From Cenococcum geophilum (lineage: Eukaryota): a stretch of DNA of 64,000 bases. This document shows, one piece after another, positions 26,601 through 39,104 of the stretch. The translations under genes and the position numbers were made by a program. Below the pieces are notes generated by a model. The model did not search any database and was not told where the DNA came from. It worked only from the letters and a program-made list of their open reading frames with translations. Within the stretch, counting starts at the first letter, position 1; the number at the start of each line of letters is the position of its first letter. Location of the stretch: assembly GCA_050273025.1 (NCBI GenBank), contig CP158635.1, positions 29,016,001 to 29,080,000 of the forward strand, read 5' to 3'.

Positions 26601-27570
26601 CAAGTCTTAAAAGGAAAAAGCAGTTTAAGAGGTGGTGGGTTAGCTGATAATATAAGCCCAATCTAAGCATCTTTAGGTCCTTAAATTGTTAGAAGAAGAG
26701 TATAAGTGTTAATAAAAGCAGTTAAAATAGATAGCAGAGACTGAACACGAATGTTAACAACGTGAATTATAAAACTGGGCCGATTAAAGCATGGCGATAT
26801 ATTAAGGCCAAGCAGAACATATATTTTCTGCGGCGAAGATAAAGATTGCAGGCCTCGAATATAATATATAACTTAAAGATAACCTTATTAGCCGAGGTTT
26901 TTAAAAATTAAAAGAACTTAAGGAGTATAAAAAGGAGCTGGATTTGGGCTTTATTACTGAAGTAGATATATCTAGTGACCTTCGGATTATTATAATTAAA
27001 TTAAATAAGAATAGTGACTTTCAAAGATTAGAGATCGTGTTTGAGCCAACTTAGGCGCTAGAAGGCTTTAGAGAATTTCTAACTAGGCATATACTATATT
27101 ACGAAAAGGTATCCTAGAGTATAGTAAAGTTTCTAGCTTTTGACCTTACTATTATAACGTCTTATAACCCTAAATATCTTTTAGAGGCATGTAAAAGATA
27201 TGGACTTTGCTATATAGGTAGTAAAGAAGATATTAAGGCTTTTATAAACCAATATAGGAGTATATTTACTATAGATAGCAATACTAGGCTTCCTAGGAGG
27301 TCTGGGTTAGGGAGAAAACGATTATATAATAGATTAGAGGACGTATTACTCTTAAAGAGGCAACTCCGTTTTAATGGGAGTGTATAGTAGGAGATGCCCT
27401 TGCTTTAGCATATACCTATAACTATTTTAATAGAAATAGAGCGTCTTTCTAAAATATCACTTTAGCCGGCACCTTCTATGGAAATAGAGCGTCTTTCTGA
27501 AATGTCACTTTAGCTAGCGCCTTCTATTTTATAAATTGAAGAAGCGCTATATATACTATTCGCGATTTAA
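23656..27570 (+). pseudogene. DUF3723-family protein with long coiled-coil C-terminus, RIP-inactivated; Starship auxiliary-type gene
   Basis: 'YLGIAKIKLGALNF...KKNVRRLRNVF..VG..RL', 'VDCL.GL(H)RIKAAKEFLDDNDQWWIVRLF', intron, 'EY(S)N..KP(S)DG.VFRKIRYY', 'LVEMPGLWEP', 'IP(S)LRTFFENLKYL.PC'. These match the motif series I recall for DUF3723. Confidence 0.88.
26270..26700 (+). repeat. Three in-frame coding repeats (periods 174 and 147 bp) in the DUF3723 C-terminus
   Basis: AAGGAAAAAGCAGTTTAAGAGGT occurs at 26290, 26464 and 26611. Confidence 0.9.
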
Positions 27571-27949
27571 TTAGGGGATAAGGGTTATTATTTATTTGAG
27601 TTTAATAGTGAATTAAATATTTAATTGCTTGCGCTATAGTAAAAATATTTAGAAGGCTAGGTACCCAATTCTAATAATATAAAGGATCCCTATCCTTATA
27701 TATAATTCACTAAGCGTCATATATAATATAACCTAAATTCTTTAAATTATTCTGGTAATCTCTTTAAAGGCAAAGTGCCAAATATAGGTGCTGTAAGAGG
27801 AGGGAGAATTATACGGTTGGTTGAGTTCCGGCTTAGGCTTTGACTATAGTAGTAAGGTCGTTAATGGGGATTCTTATATGGTGTATAAAAAATCTTACTT
27901 AGAGGAGCGGGAGAGTTGTGATTACCTATATCGTTGCCATTGGGTGACC

Positions 27950-28519
27950 TTAATACCTAATTACTAATAGGGGGCAACACTTTACTATGGCGGTCTATAA
28001 ACTCTATCCTATTATAGTAAATAGAAGGCGATGAAAACTATTTTAATAAATCAATGCTTCCGATAGAGGATAAGTAAGTAGGCTTGCTCTTAACCCTAAT
28101 ATTTAGATTATAGTAGACCTGGCTTAGAAATAGAAGAAGTTCTAGGGAGCTTCGGCTGGATAAGGGAGTTTTATCCCCCTATAAGCGTGCTTTAGCGGTA
28201 CTTTAATAATAGTAGGGAAATTTATTAATTGGGTTGCCTGCCCTTTGCTACTCTATATAAGCGTATAGAGATAGTAAATAAGGATAGTGTTTATAATCTC
28301 TTCTATAGAGGGAGGCTAAGAAGTTAAGTTCTTATTAGATTGAAACGTGAAGATTTCCTAGTTTTTCTTTATAAAGATAGCAACTCTTATTCCGGGCACC
28401 AGCTAAGCAAGGACAGAAGCTTTCTTAAAGATGCCTTCCCGTCGGGTTGTGAATATTTGGTTGTTGGCGTCTGAAGACCTATGTAAAGACGTGCGGTATT
28501 GTTTCCTTAGGCGAGGCAT
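27950..28519 (-). pseudogene. MADS-box/SRF-like transcription factor, RIP-inactivated
   Basis: MPR.RKQYRTSLHRSSDANNQIFTTRREGIFKKASVLA(Q)LVPGIRVAIFI matches the MADS 'F.KRR.GLFKKA.EL..L....VA.II' pattern. Confidence 0.75.
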
Positions 28520-29430
28520 AGCATTAATACCCTTTTAATGGGATTTGAAGGTAGATAAATAAAGTAAGATTAATAAAATAATAGTTTGTAGTAATTAAAA
28601 GTATTCTTAATAATATTTATATTTAATTCTGTTAGAGATAATGTAAACGGCATAGTATGCATATTATATGCAAGTTGTGCGCCTTAGGGTATATTTAATA
28701 ACTTTTTAGCTAGGTTAACTCTACCTAGGCTTAGTATTTAGGATATAAGCGCCTCTTCTAGACGTTAAGGCAGGGGTGCTTTCCACCTAGTAAAAGGGGT
28801 TTGTTTAGTAAGAAAGGAGCGTCACTAGATAGTTGGTGTTGAATTAGATTACAGGATGGTAAGAATAGGTTAAAAATATTATAGGTTACTCCCTTAACTA
28901 GTGGAATTCGCCTACCTAGGTGGCTTAAATTGCTAATAAAACTCGCCACTATAAGCGCAATTGCGGTTAGCGCGAACGCCTTTACCTGGCTAGGTGAAAC
29001 CTCCTTTTTAACTACCGAGATGACCGATCTGCTTAAATTTACCTGCGGCGTCGAACGGATAGTATTTACCAGGCGGATATCGATATTAGTGGCCCGTTCG
29101 CGACTAGGTGGGCCTAGGTAGGCCTAGGTGGCTTTTTAAGAGCGCCTACCTAGTAGAGCCTATATGGCTAAGTAATAGTAATTAAATATGCCCTTAGCTA
29201 AAAAACGAGTAAGGTAAAGTAAGCTACTAGTTTTATATCTAGCGAGCGGCTAGTTTACTAATTAGAGTTCGACTATTTTATAGCGTATTAGTTAGAGCCT
29301 AAAATAGCTTCTTGCCCGGATTTTAGTCTCTAATTATAGCTTTTTTAATTTTCTTTTAGTACCCGCTCTTACGTTAGAGCGCTAAAATAATATCTTATTA
29401 TAGAATTTATTAAAATTTATTATTTTTTAG

Positions 29431-30430
29431 GCCGTTGAAAACGGACTCTGCACCTGTACGTGGTGACGGCTACGAACCTAGGTCTTCGAAGTTCAGACTT
29501 AGAGCCAACGCAGAGACGTTGCACAGCGTGCGATAGGACCTAGTGGTCGTGGTTGTGAGCGTTGTGGGCAGTGGTGAAAAATTTTCAGATGGTGAGATCT
29601 CGAAAACCACTACTATGGCCCTCTACAATTTAGCTACGCTACTCTCCTATTAAGGCACCTGTACAATCCAACGTGGATATACAGCATTCGATAGCATCCC
29701 CCGACCCCCAACAGAAAGCATTAACGACCTCTTATATCGACGAACGAGCGATTGCGAACGAGTAAACGAACGAGCAAATATACGGCCCCTCCTAACCCCT
29801 AGGGCGATCGCCCGCGGAGTATGCGGTTACTCGCCGTTGACAAGTACCAAATACCCAGCAGCCTGGATTGCGACCCACGGTTTTCCTTATCTCCTTTTGA
29901 CGGAGTAGTAACCCTTAGAAAGGGCCTAGCTGGGGCCTAGGCACAAAAGATACCCAATACAACATATCCCGCTGTTAGTATTATGGTAATTAGAACGGAT
30001 AAATCCCCCTTACGCCTTCGATAGGCCCTAGGGGGGGGAGGCATGGCGTATATAGCAATGGTTAAATAAGAGATAGCATATAGGGGATGGCCAAGATATG
30101 GGAAATAATAGTAAGACAGCAATTAAGTAGCAAGGCCTAGCTGGGACGTAGTGAACCCTAGCTTGGATAAGCTAGAGAAGGAAGCAGTGGTTTCTAAGGA
30201 GTTCGAACATCTAAGGAGGATAGGACGTAGCTGTAGGCCCGTAGGGCCGCTGCTACGTGCGGATATAGCAAACGGGGTTTTTCATCCTACTGAGGTGGCT
30301 TATAGGGTTTTTCCTCCCCCCTAGCAGCAAGGGTTTTTTCCCGTCAATATTACTTTTCCCTTGTATACGGAGTAGTCTGCGTAGGGCTAGATAGCATCCG
30401 TATCAGACGTTAATCAAAGAATTATTATTA
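29431..30430 (+). mobile_element. ~1 kb non-autonomous non-LTR retroposon (SINE-like or deleted LINE)
   Basis: Flanked by the 14-bp direct repeat TTATTATTTTTTAG (29417-29430 and 30431-30444). The 3' end AATCAAAGA is followed by an (ATT)n tail. The element is more GC-rich than its flanks. Confidence 0.8.
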
Positions 30431-30523
30431 TTATTATTTTTTAGTAAACTTATTTCTTTTAATAAAGAACTAAGCGCGTCTTTATAATGCTTAACTATCC
30501 TATAAAATTCTTAGGGAAAGAAT

Positions 30524-32230
30524 ATAAATATAACTACTATTTACGTCGTTTCGTACGGCGCAGTTATTGCCATCTTCTCTATTTAGAGGATTTCCAAGCT
30601 TATTAGCTCTTAGGCTCGTGAAAAACTCTTATTAAATATCCGGAAATAGACTCTATATACTTTAATTGTTCCTAGGCAAAAAAGCATATTAAACATTAGT
30701 CTTTTAGCTGCATTTTACATCTTCCTTTACGCAGTTATAAATGTTATTAGCTCCGTTTTAGGCCTGCCCACAGGCATCTAATTTGCGCAGCGTTTAGGAT
30801 ATCTATTCGCTATTAACGTAGTTCCGCTATTTCTTAGGGGCAGAACTAATTTAATTAGCGATAAAGTCCTACGCCTGCCGATATGTGATTATAGCTTAAT
30901 TTACCGCTAGATCGGTCAAGTATATGTTCTAGAAGGAGTGCTTTATACACTTTTAATAGTATCTTTAAAGTATTCGCGTATAGCAAACGTTGAAATTATA
31001 GTTTATTTAAAACTCCCTTATTCCTACTAAGCTTAATTATAAACAGCTTATTATATTTATTTCCGCTATTAGCCTTCTATCTTTTTTTATTATTTATTAT
31101 TACGCTTACGAAATTTTCCTCCGTACTTACCTTCTTCTCGCATTAGCTTTAATGGGAACATTATGGTTACACATTAGACTAAAGCCGAGCTATTCTATAG
31201 CTTATCTCTTAGTCACATTATTACTTTAGGTTCTTTAGAAATTACTTTAGGCTAGATTTATATTATATCGAAATCTAGGATTAGGTTTTCGAGTATCTAT
31301 AGTTTACTATCCCTAAGGAGGCAAGGATTTAGAAAACGCCGTTTAACTTAGAGTTATAGTAAAACGCCCCTAGAAAGTACTGCCAGGGTAATTTATCTAT
31401 ATCACTATTCCGTATGGTTTCGGCCTTATTTAAGTATATCCTTATATAATAGCATGGGTCTTAGATAATAAGACTAGTATTAAGCAAACTATAGTACTCC
31501 TTATTCGAACTAAGTAAGGGTTTAGTAGCAGACTAAGGCTATATAGTGAAGTAACTTTAGTTATATTAGATGGACTATATAGAGGTACTTAGTACTACTA
31601 CCTAAGCCAATACAATAAGGTGCTGTTTATAGTAAATAGTATCGGAATTACAAGCTATTTATTATTAATTTAATATCTCCTAATAGTATATAATGATCGG
31701 ACTGCCTGTATATAAAGGCTATTATTAGTATAGTTCTTAGAAACAAAAGGTAAGAATCCGTAGTATACTAGAAAAATAAGGGTATTGCTAACTATAAAGA
31801 TTAATATAAATGGGTAAAAGAGTTTATCCTAGCTCTATATAATATGGACCACCGCTAGATTTTCACTATTTTTTTTTTATACGAAGTCGCTGGGTCTACG
31901 GAAGAACTAAGTAAAGGGGATAAAATCCTTAGAAAGAGGCTTTATAAGCTTTTAGATCTACTAGACACAGTATAGATTATTAACTAAGAATAGTCTACCG
32001 AGGTAGGAAATATGATGATATCTGGTAAGTTTCCTTTAAAAGGTGATAATACTTTTTAATTCAACGGCTGACAGTTTGTGGGACGCCTAAGTTTAAGGCC
32101 TGTGTAAGAAAAGCCCTTCGCTCAAACATATATAATATTACGCTCCTTAGTATAGACTTTTAGCCCGATAAGACACCGGCGAGTTAGGTTTCGATAATTA
32201 GGTACACCTCTTAGATAATAAGCCATTTTT
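30524..32230 (+). pseudogene. Ferric reductase-like (FRE/NOX-like) protein, RIP-inactivated; Starship auxiliary-type gene
   Basis: Hydrophobic N-terminus '(MD)ITTIYVVSYGAVIAIF', then 'INVVPLFL(G)GRTN', 'I(H)R(W)IG', FAD-binding '(Q)V(H)PY.IAW' (~31430), 'ILDG(P)Y(G)G', 'KVLFI...IGI' (~31560-31650) and terminal 'VCGTPKFKACVRKAL...DF(Q)P'. Confidence 0.88.
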
Positions 32231-32699
32231 ATTACAAAATTATTCTTATAAACTACGATAAGCTTAGGTAAATTCTAACTAAATTATATAATGATGGAGC
32301 TGAGGTCCAGAACTGAAATTGCTAGGGGCGGCTTATGTAAGCTTTGGATTTATACAATCGCCGAGATTTATAATCAATTAATATTTAGTAAGTGCGGGGC
32401 ATGGCTATTACAAAAGCCCCTAATTGGCCTTTAATAGCAGATCATTTATAAGCCTTATGTAACCTTTAGCTAGTTATTTCGTTTTCTTAAGGTCTAACTA
32501 AAATATATATAAGCGATTTCTTGGTGATGCTAAGTCCTAGTATCTGTATATATAAGCCCTATCTTTAGCTAATATCTTCTATAACGGTCTTTAGAAACAG
32601 TTTTTAGATTTTAGAATATATTAGATTTTTAGGGTCTTTTAGGGTGCGCTTTTTCCTTTGCCTTATAATACAAGAGGTTATATACTAATCTTAGAATTT

Positions 32700-33240
32700 T
32701 ACCTTATCTTAAGAAATAATAGCTTAATGCCTAAAATAGACTCTTTTAGTACTAATTTAAACACTCCGGTAGGTCTAAATTCTTCCTTTACTAATAGCTT
32801 TACTAATAAGTAAAAGAGTGTAAGCTATTACTCTCTCTGCTAAAAGTCTAACAGCCGTACCGATTGGGAGTTTCTTAAGGAATTCTTTCTTCGCGAGTAG
32901 AACTCTATACTTTAAATTTAAAATCTTAAAACCAAACTGGATAAAGCAAGAGTAACAATTAGTATACTTTAAGATTAATATTTAGAGGCAGAAACCGCAC
33001 TGCTTAAGTGCCGTAAAGAGCTCGAAAACGTAAAATAGATAAGGTTTAAAAAGTTAAAGCAGTTTAAGGATTAGCTTGGGTAAGTAAAGGAGCGGATCTT
33101 CGATAATGAGGCTGAGCTTAAATTTCACCTTTAAGATCTTAAATGGGAGAACCACTGCAAATAGGAAAGAATTAATGAATTGGAGTACGCTCTTGGCCTT
33201 TAGAATTTATAATAGTGCGGAGATAAGAGCAATAGGGTGG
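32700..33240 (+). pseudogene. Small coiled-coil protein, RIP-degraded
   Basis: Frame 'LEAETALLKCRKELENVK...VKERIFDNEAELKFHL' has heptad character and RIP-type stops. Confidence 0.45.
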
Positions 33241-34689
33241 GAGAAATATCTCTAGTCGTAAAAGTAGAATTAGGTAGTGTAACAATCTCTTTAGTTTTGG
33301 CTAGGCTAATAGATTTCAAGATCATATATCCAAATTTATTTATTATAAATTTCCCAGTTAATGTCTTGTATTGGATATTCCTGTTTTATTATTATAGCTA
33401 GGAATATAGTTACTTTAAATCTATTACTAATACCGCATTATAGATGCTTCTCCTATATATCTATGCGGTAAGGATGGCTGTAACTTCGCTTTTAGGCGGA
33501 TTATGGAAGTTTCGAGTTTCTCTCTTAAAAACTGTTTATAAAATAACATAGTGGTTGCAAAGCGCGCGTGATCTTTTCTGCGGAGTGACTATTAGTGGCG
33601 TTTTCTAAGAAACCTATATTCTTAGTCTAGCTATGTAAATAAAGCTTCGTAGATAGAATATTTCGCCTATATAAACTTTAATTTTGTTACTTATTTAAAT
33701 TAAAAACCTTTATTGGCAATATTATAATGCATTCTTTTCCGCTAGTCCATATATAGGCAAAGTCTATTATCCTTTACTTCTACTTAGATTACCCTATTTT
33801 AAATTGCCTAGTCTATGTTAAATAAGCCGGATACCTAAAAGGGGAACTGCTTATAAAGGATGCCCTTAACACTTTGGCAGAACGTGCTAGGAATCCCCAG
33901 GAATTTAACCTAATTTTTAAGAACTTAAGCTTAGGGGCGGAAGGTTTTGATCCAGTTAACTCCCATAACGATAATAATACTAGAGTAAAACTTTAAGCCA
34001 TCTTAGATTTTGGTACGGAATTATTGAAGAGGATAAATGCTTAGATCTTGGATTTTATAGGCCAGATTTATCCCTACATACCTTAGATCGACAATTGCTT
34101 ATTTTATACCACGAAACTTATAAGTATTAAACTTCCTATTTATGCGGAAAGCGATAGTTTAGGCACTAGTTCCAATTGTCTTTCCTCTTTAGATGCCAAT
34201 TAAGCTGCTTGCCTAAGTCTCCCAGTAGTTAGCATAAGTGACTTTAATATAAGTGCGTAAGTTACTAAAGAATCCAATAGTTATATATTTGGTTTTTACT
34301 ACTCGCTCTTAGAACCAAGTCTTATTTCTATTAGTAGCAGCCCTAGATGGACCCACCCTCCTATTATTTCGGGGGAAGCTATATTAGGAGACTCTAGGTT
34401 AAGTACGCTCTTTTTAGGACAAGAGTGTTAATATAAAGATGGTTTAGAAACCAGTTATTCTTCCTACTATTATACTAACTAAGCCTTCAGAATTACTACT
34501 TGGCTAATTAGAGGCTTTTGGGCATTAGTATAATTATATATTAGAGGTTAGTAATCTTAATAAAACTTACCAGAAAGATAGGGAGAAGAGCCTAGTATTA
34601 TTTTGGATTATTAAGCTACTTAACTTAATTACGTGGTTTCCCCGTGTTAACAATTTGTGCAATATTCCGTGATAGTTTAATTGAATTAA

Positions 34690-35427
34690 ATTTAGCTTCG
34701 TCTCCCATTATATTACTATTAAGCCTCTATCCCCTTACCTCCGTTGCAAATGTTAGTATCTACCTTCTACTTACGTGTGGCTTTCTCTAACAGCTTATCT
34801 GCCTTCCGCTTGTGTCCCCTTTCCTTTAGCGACTTCTTAGACTGCTCTTTTAACTAGTATCCTTGCCTCCGGCCTTTAGGCTCCCCCGCTTTACCTCTTA
34901 TTATCTATTTAAGCTCTTTATATATTTTAGCATGTCGATTAAGTTAAGTCGGTTCCCGAGTGTAGTATGATTAAATCTTATCGTGTGGTAGATTTATGGG
35001 TGGCTCCTAAGTAGGGTCCTAACATGCCAACGCCGTACTATCATTATCGTTAATAACGACGTATGCTAGGTACTCTAGGCCTTTACAATACTCCACTACG
35101 GACACCTACTTGGGCTTCTATAATACGAGAAACTCTAAGCTTTTGTTTATAACCCTAGTATAGGTAATTCCGCTAACATTCCTAAAACGAGATTCGTTCT
35201 TCAAGTTTACCCCTATAATTATATTAATAATATTATAAACTAATTACTAGAACTTAGGCATTGGCCTTACTATTATATGCCTTGGCGGCGTATATGGTCT
35301 TATCTACGATGGTATTACCGCCGCTGCTATATAAAGAAACTATATTAAATAATTAATCGGGCACGGAGGATGTTTGCTTCTATTTAGGATTAGAAGTCTG
35401 CGGCTGTTATTTAACTATAAAAGACAT
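34690..35427 (-). pseudogene. Second chromodomain-like protein (split motif) with basic C-terminal tail
   Basis: 'VSGIT.TRV.NKSLEFLVL(W)KPK(W)' (~35102-35180), then 'C(W)DPT(W)EPP.NLPHD.I.SYY' (~34960-35025), and a basic NLS-like tail 'RGHKRKADKLLEKATRK'. Confidence 0.6.
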
Positions 35428-37489
35428 TATCGGTAGGGTTGTGAGATTAATATATACTAGAGCTGAAAGAGTTTAGAGAATAGAAGAGGGATAAAGGATA
35501 TAGAGGAGGAATAAACAGCAAGGCAATATCTCTTTTATACAGCGTAGAGCTCTAACTATGCCTTTGAGTATATTACTCCGAAAGTTACGTTATATAAACT
35601 ACTAAGGTATAATTTTTTGCCGCTAGAGGTGTTATTCCTTAAGCATAAGGCTTATCTTAACAGGTTTCTTATTCACTTAGGTCTTAGTGGCTTATTTGGG
35701 AAACTATGCTATTATTAAGGACGCGGGACATCTGTTAGTCTATAATTATACTACTAACCCTAAGGCGTTCCTACGTCTAGGTTCTAGAGCCTATTTAAAG
35801 GCAGTGTTTAACCTATAAGGGGTACCATCCAATTACTTAGGCTCTATTTATGGAGTTTGTGGCACTCTATATAGATATAACATATCTTAATAAGACACCC
35901 GAGTTTTGCAGCTTCTTATTAAATGCTTTAACCCTCGGCAGATTAACTACACAGCCCCTTGGGGGCTCTTTAAGCTTATAAAGTTATTAAAACCATTAAT
36001 TTACACCAAACGCTAGATTACGGTGGCTAATGCGCAAATAGGCTTATTCGGTCTTAATTTAAGCCCAGCGCTTAGTATATAACGCCTTAGTGCAGGCAGC
36101 TATGCTTTCTATTATAAGTGCCGCGTACTACGTACCTCTAAAATACTTAGTGGAAATAGCTATAAAGCTCTATGCCCCTAGGTTATATAGAAGTATAGTT
36201 TTTTAATAATATTAAATTATATATATCACCTTCGTTAACCTTAGAAAACTTACTAATAATCCTTATAGGTCCTTAAGCAGTGTTCTAGGATAGATTATTA
36301 CTAAATATGGTATCGCTTTATAAGCTTAAATCTATAAGTGCAGGAAGTAAGTCTTAAAGGGGGTGTTTAATAAGAGTTATTAAATATAGGGCTTTTATTA
36401 TCTAAGAGTTGATTCTACTACTTTGATGCATATTCTTAACCGTTTTAGGATTTCTCTCCACGTTATGTCGCGGTATTATGTATCTGTTTCTAAGTGGTGG
36501 GGAAGCGTAGCAGTTCTCCTATAGATAATCTGTAAGTAGGTACTTTTATATTTGCCGTAACGCGTGCAAGAATTTTATATAAAGGCTCCTCTAAACTTTC
36601 TAGATTCCTAAATCTTAAATTCTATTTGCTTTAGAGCCAGTATTTTTGTAATATTTATATTATACCCTTACTCACTATTATATTCCAATTACTATCTTAT
36701 TAATTTAGATCTAGCCACCTTTATATAACTATCCTCTATAGCTTTAAGCCGTATCCTAGAATAAATGCCGAAGCTAAAGTCCTATTGTACTGCAAAGAAA
36801 TTATATAAGTCCTTAATCTTATTTCTTTCTAAGGAACAAACCTCGCTGTTTATAGCCTATTTTAGTTATATCTTGTTATATTCTGAGCCAGACGCTTAAA
36901 GTTAACACCTTTAAGCATACTTCTCTAACCAAGATGAACTGCATTTATTAGTAACGCGCTACTAACTTATTATTAAAGAACGGCTTACAATTCTTCTTTG
37001 TATAAGCTTCTTTAATAAGAGAGTAAAAAACTTATAACGCTATTATGCATGCGACGGATTTAAGAGGAGTTCTTAGATCTTTCCCCGCTAGAGGCCGTAA
37101 GTTTTATACTTAGAAAATAAGTCATCTTGCGTACGGTATCAATTATTATCTTCAATTTTTATCCTTTTAGTATGGATTTGGGAACGTCTTATAAAGGCCC
37201 GCAACTCCTCTAGTTGCTCTAGGCAATCTGAGTGCCGTTATATCTCTAACTCTACTAGAGCGTTTATACGTTGTTCTAACGCCAGCACTATATCCTTTAG
37301 CTATAAGTAGTATAATAGAGGCAATACTAACCATGTACATTTCTAGTCTCCCCTAAATCTAATAATCTTGCTCGTTTTCTTGCCATTATACGTATAGACG
37401 TATATTTATAACTCTTCTAACTAATAGATTATTTATCCTATAGGGAACTTTTATATATAACTCCTTTGACTACTAGATCTTTAGTGCCG

Positions 37490-38420
37490 TTTTTAATTTT
37501 ATCCTATATAGTATAAACGGCTAATAAATATAATAATCTACTATATTTTAATCCTATATTAAAATTTAATTACCTAGATTTTATATCCTATTTCCTATAA
37601 TATCCTATACGGAATAATTTAATAAAAAATCTTATAGAAACTAGAATTTGTGTTCTATTTTAAAAATACATTTATAAAAGATAATATTTTATACGGGATT
37701 TCTACTAAAATTCTCTTTTTATATCCAGCTTTTAAATACCTCTTTTGACATCCTCCTATACGGAATAATTTAATAAAAATTTTTATAGAAGCTGAAAGTT
37801 GTGTTCCATTTTAAAAAAATATTTATAAAATATAATATTTTATACGGGATTTCTACTAAAATTCTCTTCTTATATCCAGCTTTTAAATACCTCTTTCGGC
37901 ATCCTCCTATGCGGGAAAAGTGGCTATAAAACTAAAACTTTTATTATTTTCTATCCCGTACGGAACTTTGTTTAAAACTATTTAAAATTAGTGGCTTTTC
38001 TTTTCTTATTTTCTACGCCATCCCGTAGAATAATAAAGTTCCAGTTTCTCTATCTTATTTTTAATACATAAGTGTAAAAGAAAATATCCCGTATGGGATT
38101 TTTAGTAGAAATCCTTTTTATTTATAATTTCCGTACGCTGTTTTATTATAATTCCCATACGGATAAAAATACTAAATAATTAATTTTAAGCAAACCTACT
38201 AATCCCATACGGACTTAGTACCCTTAGACTTTTAAATTTAAATTTTTTTTATACCCGTACGGACGAAAATACTAAGTAATTCTATTTAAGTAACTCTGCT
38301 AATCCCATACGGATTAAGTACCCCTTAAACTTTTAATTTTAGCTTTTTTAGTTCCTATACAGAACGGAGTCCTATATAACTCCCATTTACTAAAAAATGC
38401 CTTCCCGTATAAATGGAATA
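37490..38420. repeat. AT-rich composite repeat block: 151-bp tandem duplication, ~100-bp duplication and dispersed CCCGTACGG(G)A-like palindromes
   Basis: TCCTAT(A/G)CGG recurs at 37603, 37754 and 37905 (period 151). A second duplication lies at ~38150/38255, and an inverted copy of GGATTTCTACTAAAA at ~38100-38115. Confidence 0.85.
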
Positions 38421-38569
38421 GCCTTACCGCATTAAAAACTATAGGAATTTTTTTCCACGTAGGCTAAAACTATTTAGCTACTAATTAAAACTTAGAAGTG
38501 ATTTTAACTATTATATTATACGCGAGCAGATACAAGACATGTAATTAAATAACTAGAAAGCTTCCTCTA

Positions 38570-39104
38570 ATAGCTTTATGCTATTGACTTGCCTTGTGAG
38601 TAGATTGGTCTCTATTGGTGTGCTCGTTACTAAGAGCTCCCGCAATTTCAGCTATTGTCTTTTCTGCCTCTCCCATATGGTTAAGACTTTTATTCTCTGC
38701 AATTTGGCGAAAACTTTTAGCCATTGTCTTTTTAAACTCTGCTATCTGGCGAATCCAATCCTTTAAGGTATTAAGGTCGCGTCTTAAACACTCGGTTATA
38801 GCCTGCGTCTCACTTACTTGTCTGCTTTTATATTAGGGCTCTAGGATTAATAGATATAGATTTTAATATTATACCTAGTAAGGTCTTCTACTTGCTTGTA
38901 AAGGTCATTAGATTTAGCTAAGTCGCCTTAAAATAGGTTTAATTCTATGGTATCTCGTTAAAGCCAGTCGATTAGAGGTATGTGGGAACAAAATCTTTTA
39001 ATTTCGCTTATAGATAGGGAGTAAAGAGTGAAGTCTTCGGCTTCCGGATTAAGTTTCATTGGCGTTATAGTAACGGTTGTGTTATTAAAATTCTAAGATT
39101 CCAT
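38570..39104 (-). pseudogene. Small coiled-coil protein, RIP-degraded
   Basis: MES(Q)NF...PMKLNPEAEDF...'LKDWIRQIAEF.KTMA.SFRQIAEN' reads as protein with RIP-type changes. Confidence 0.45.
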
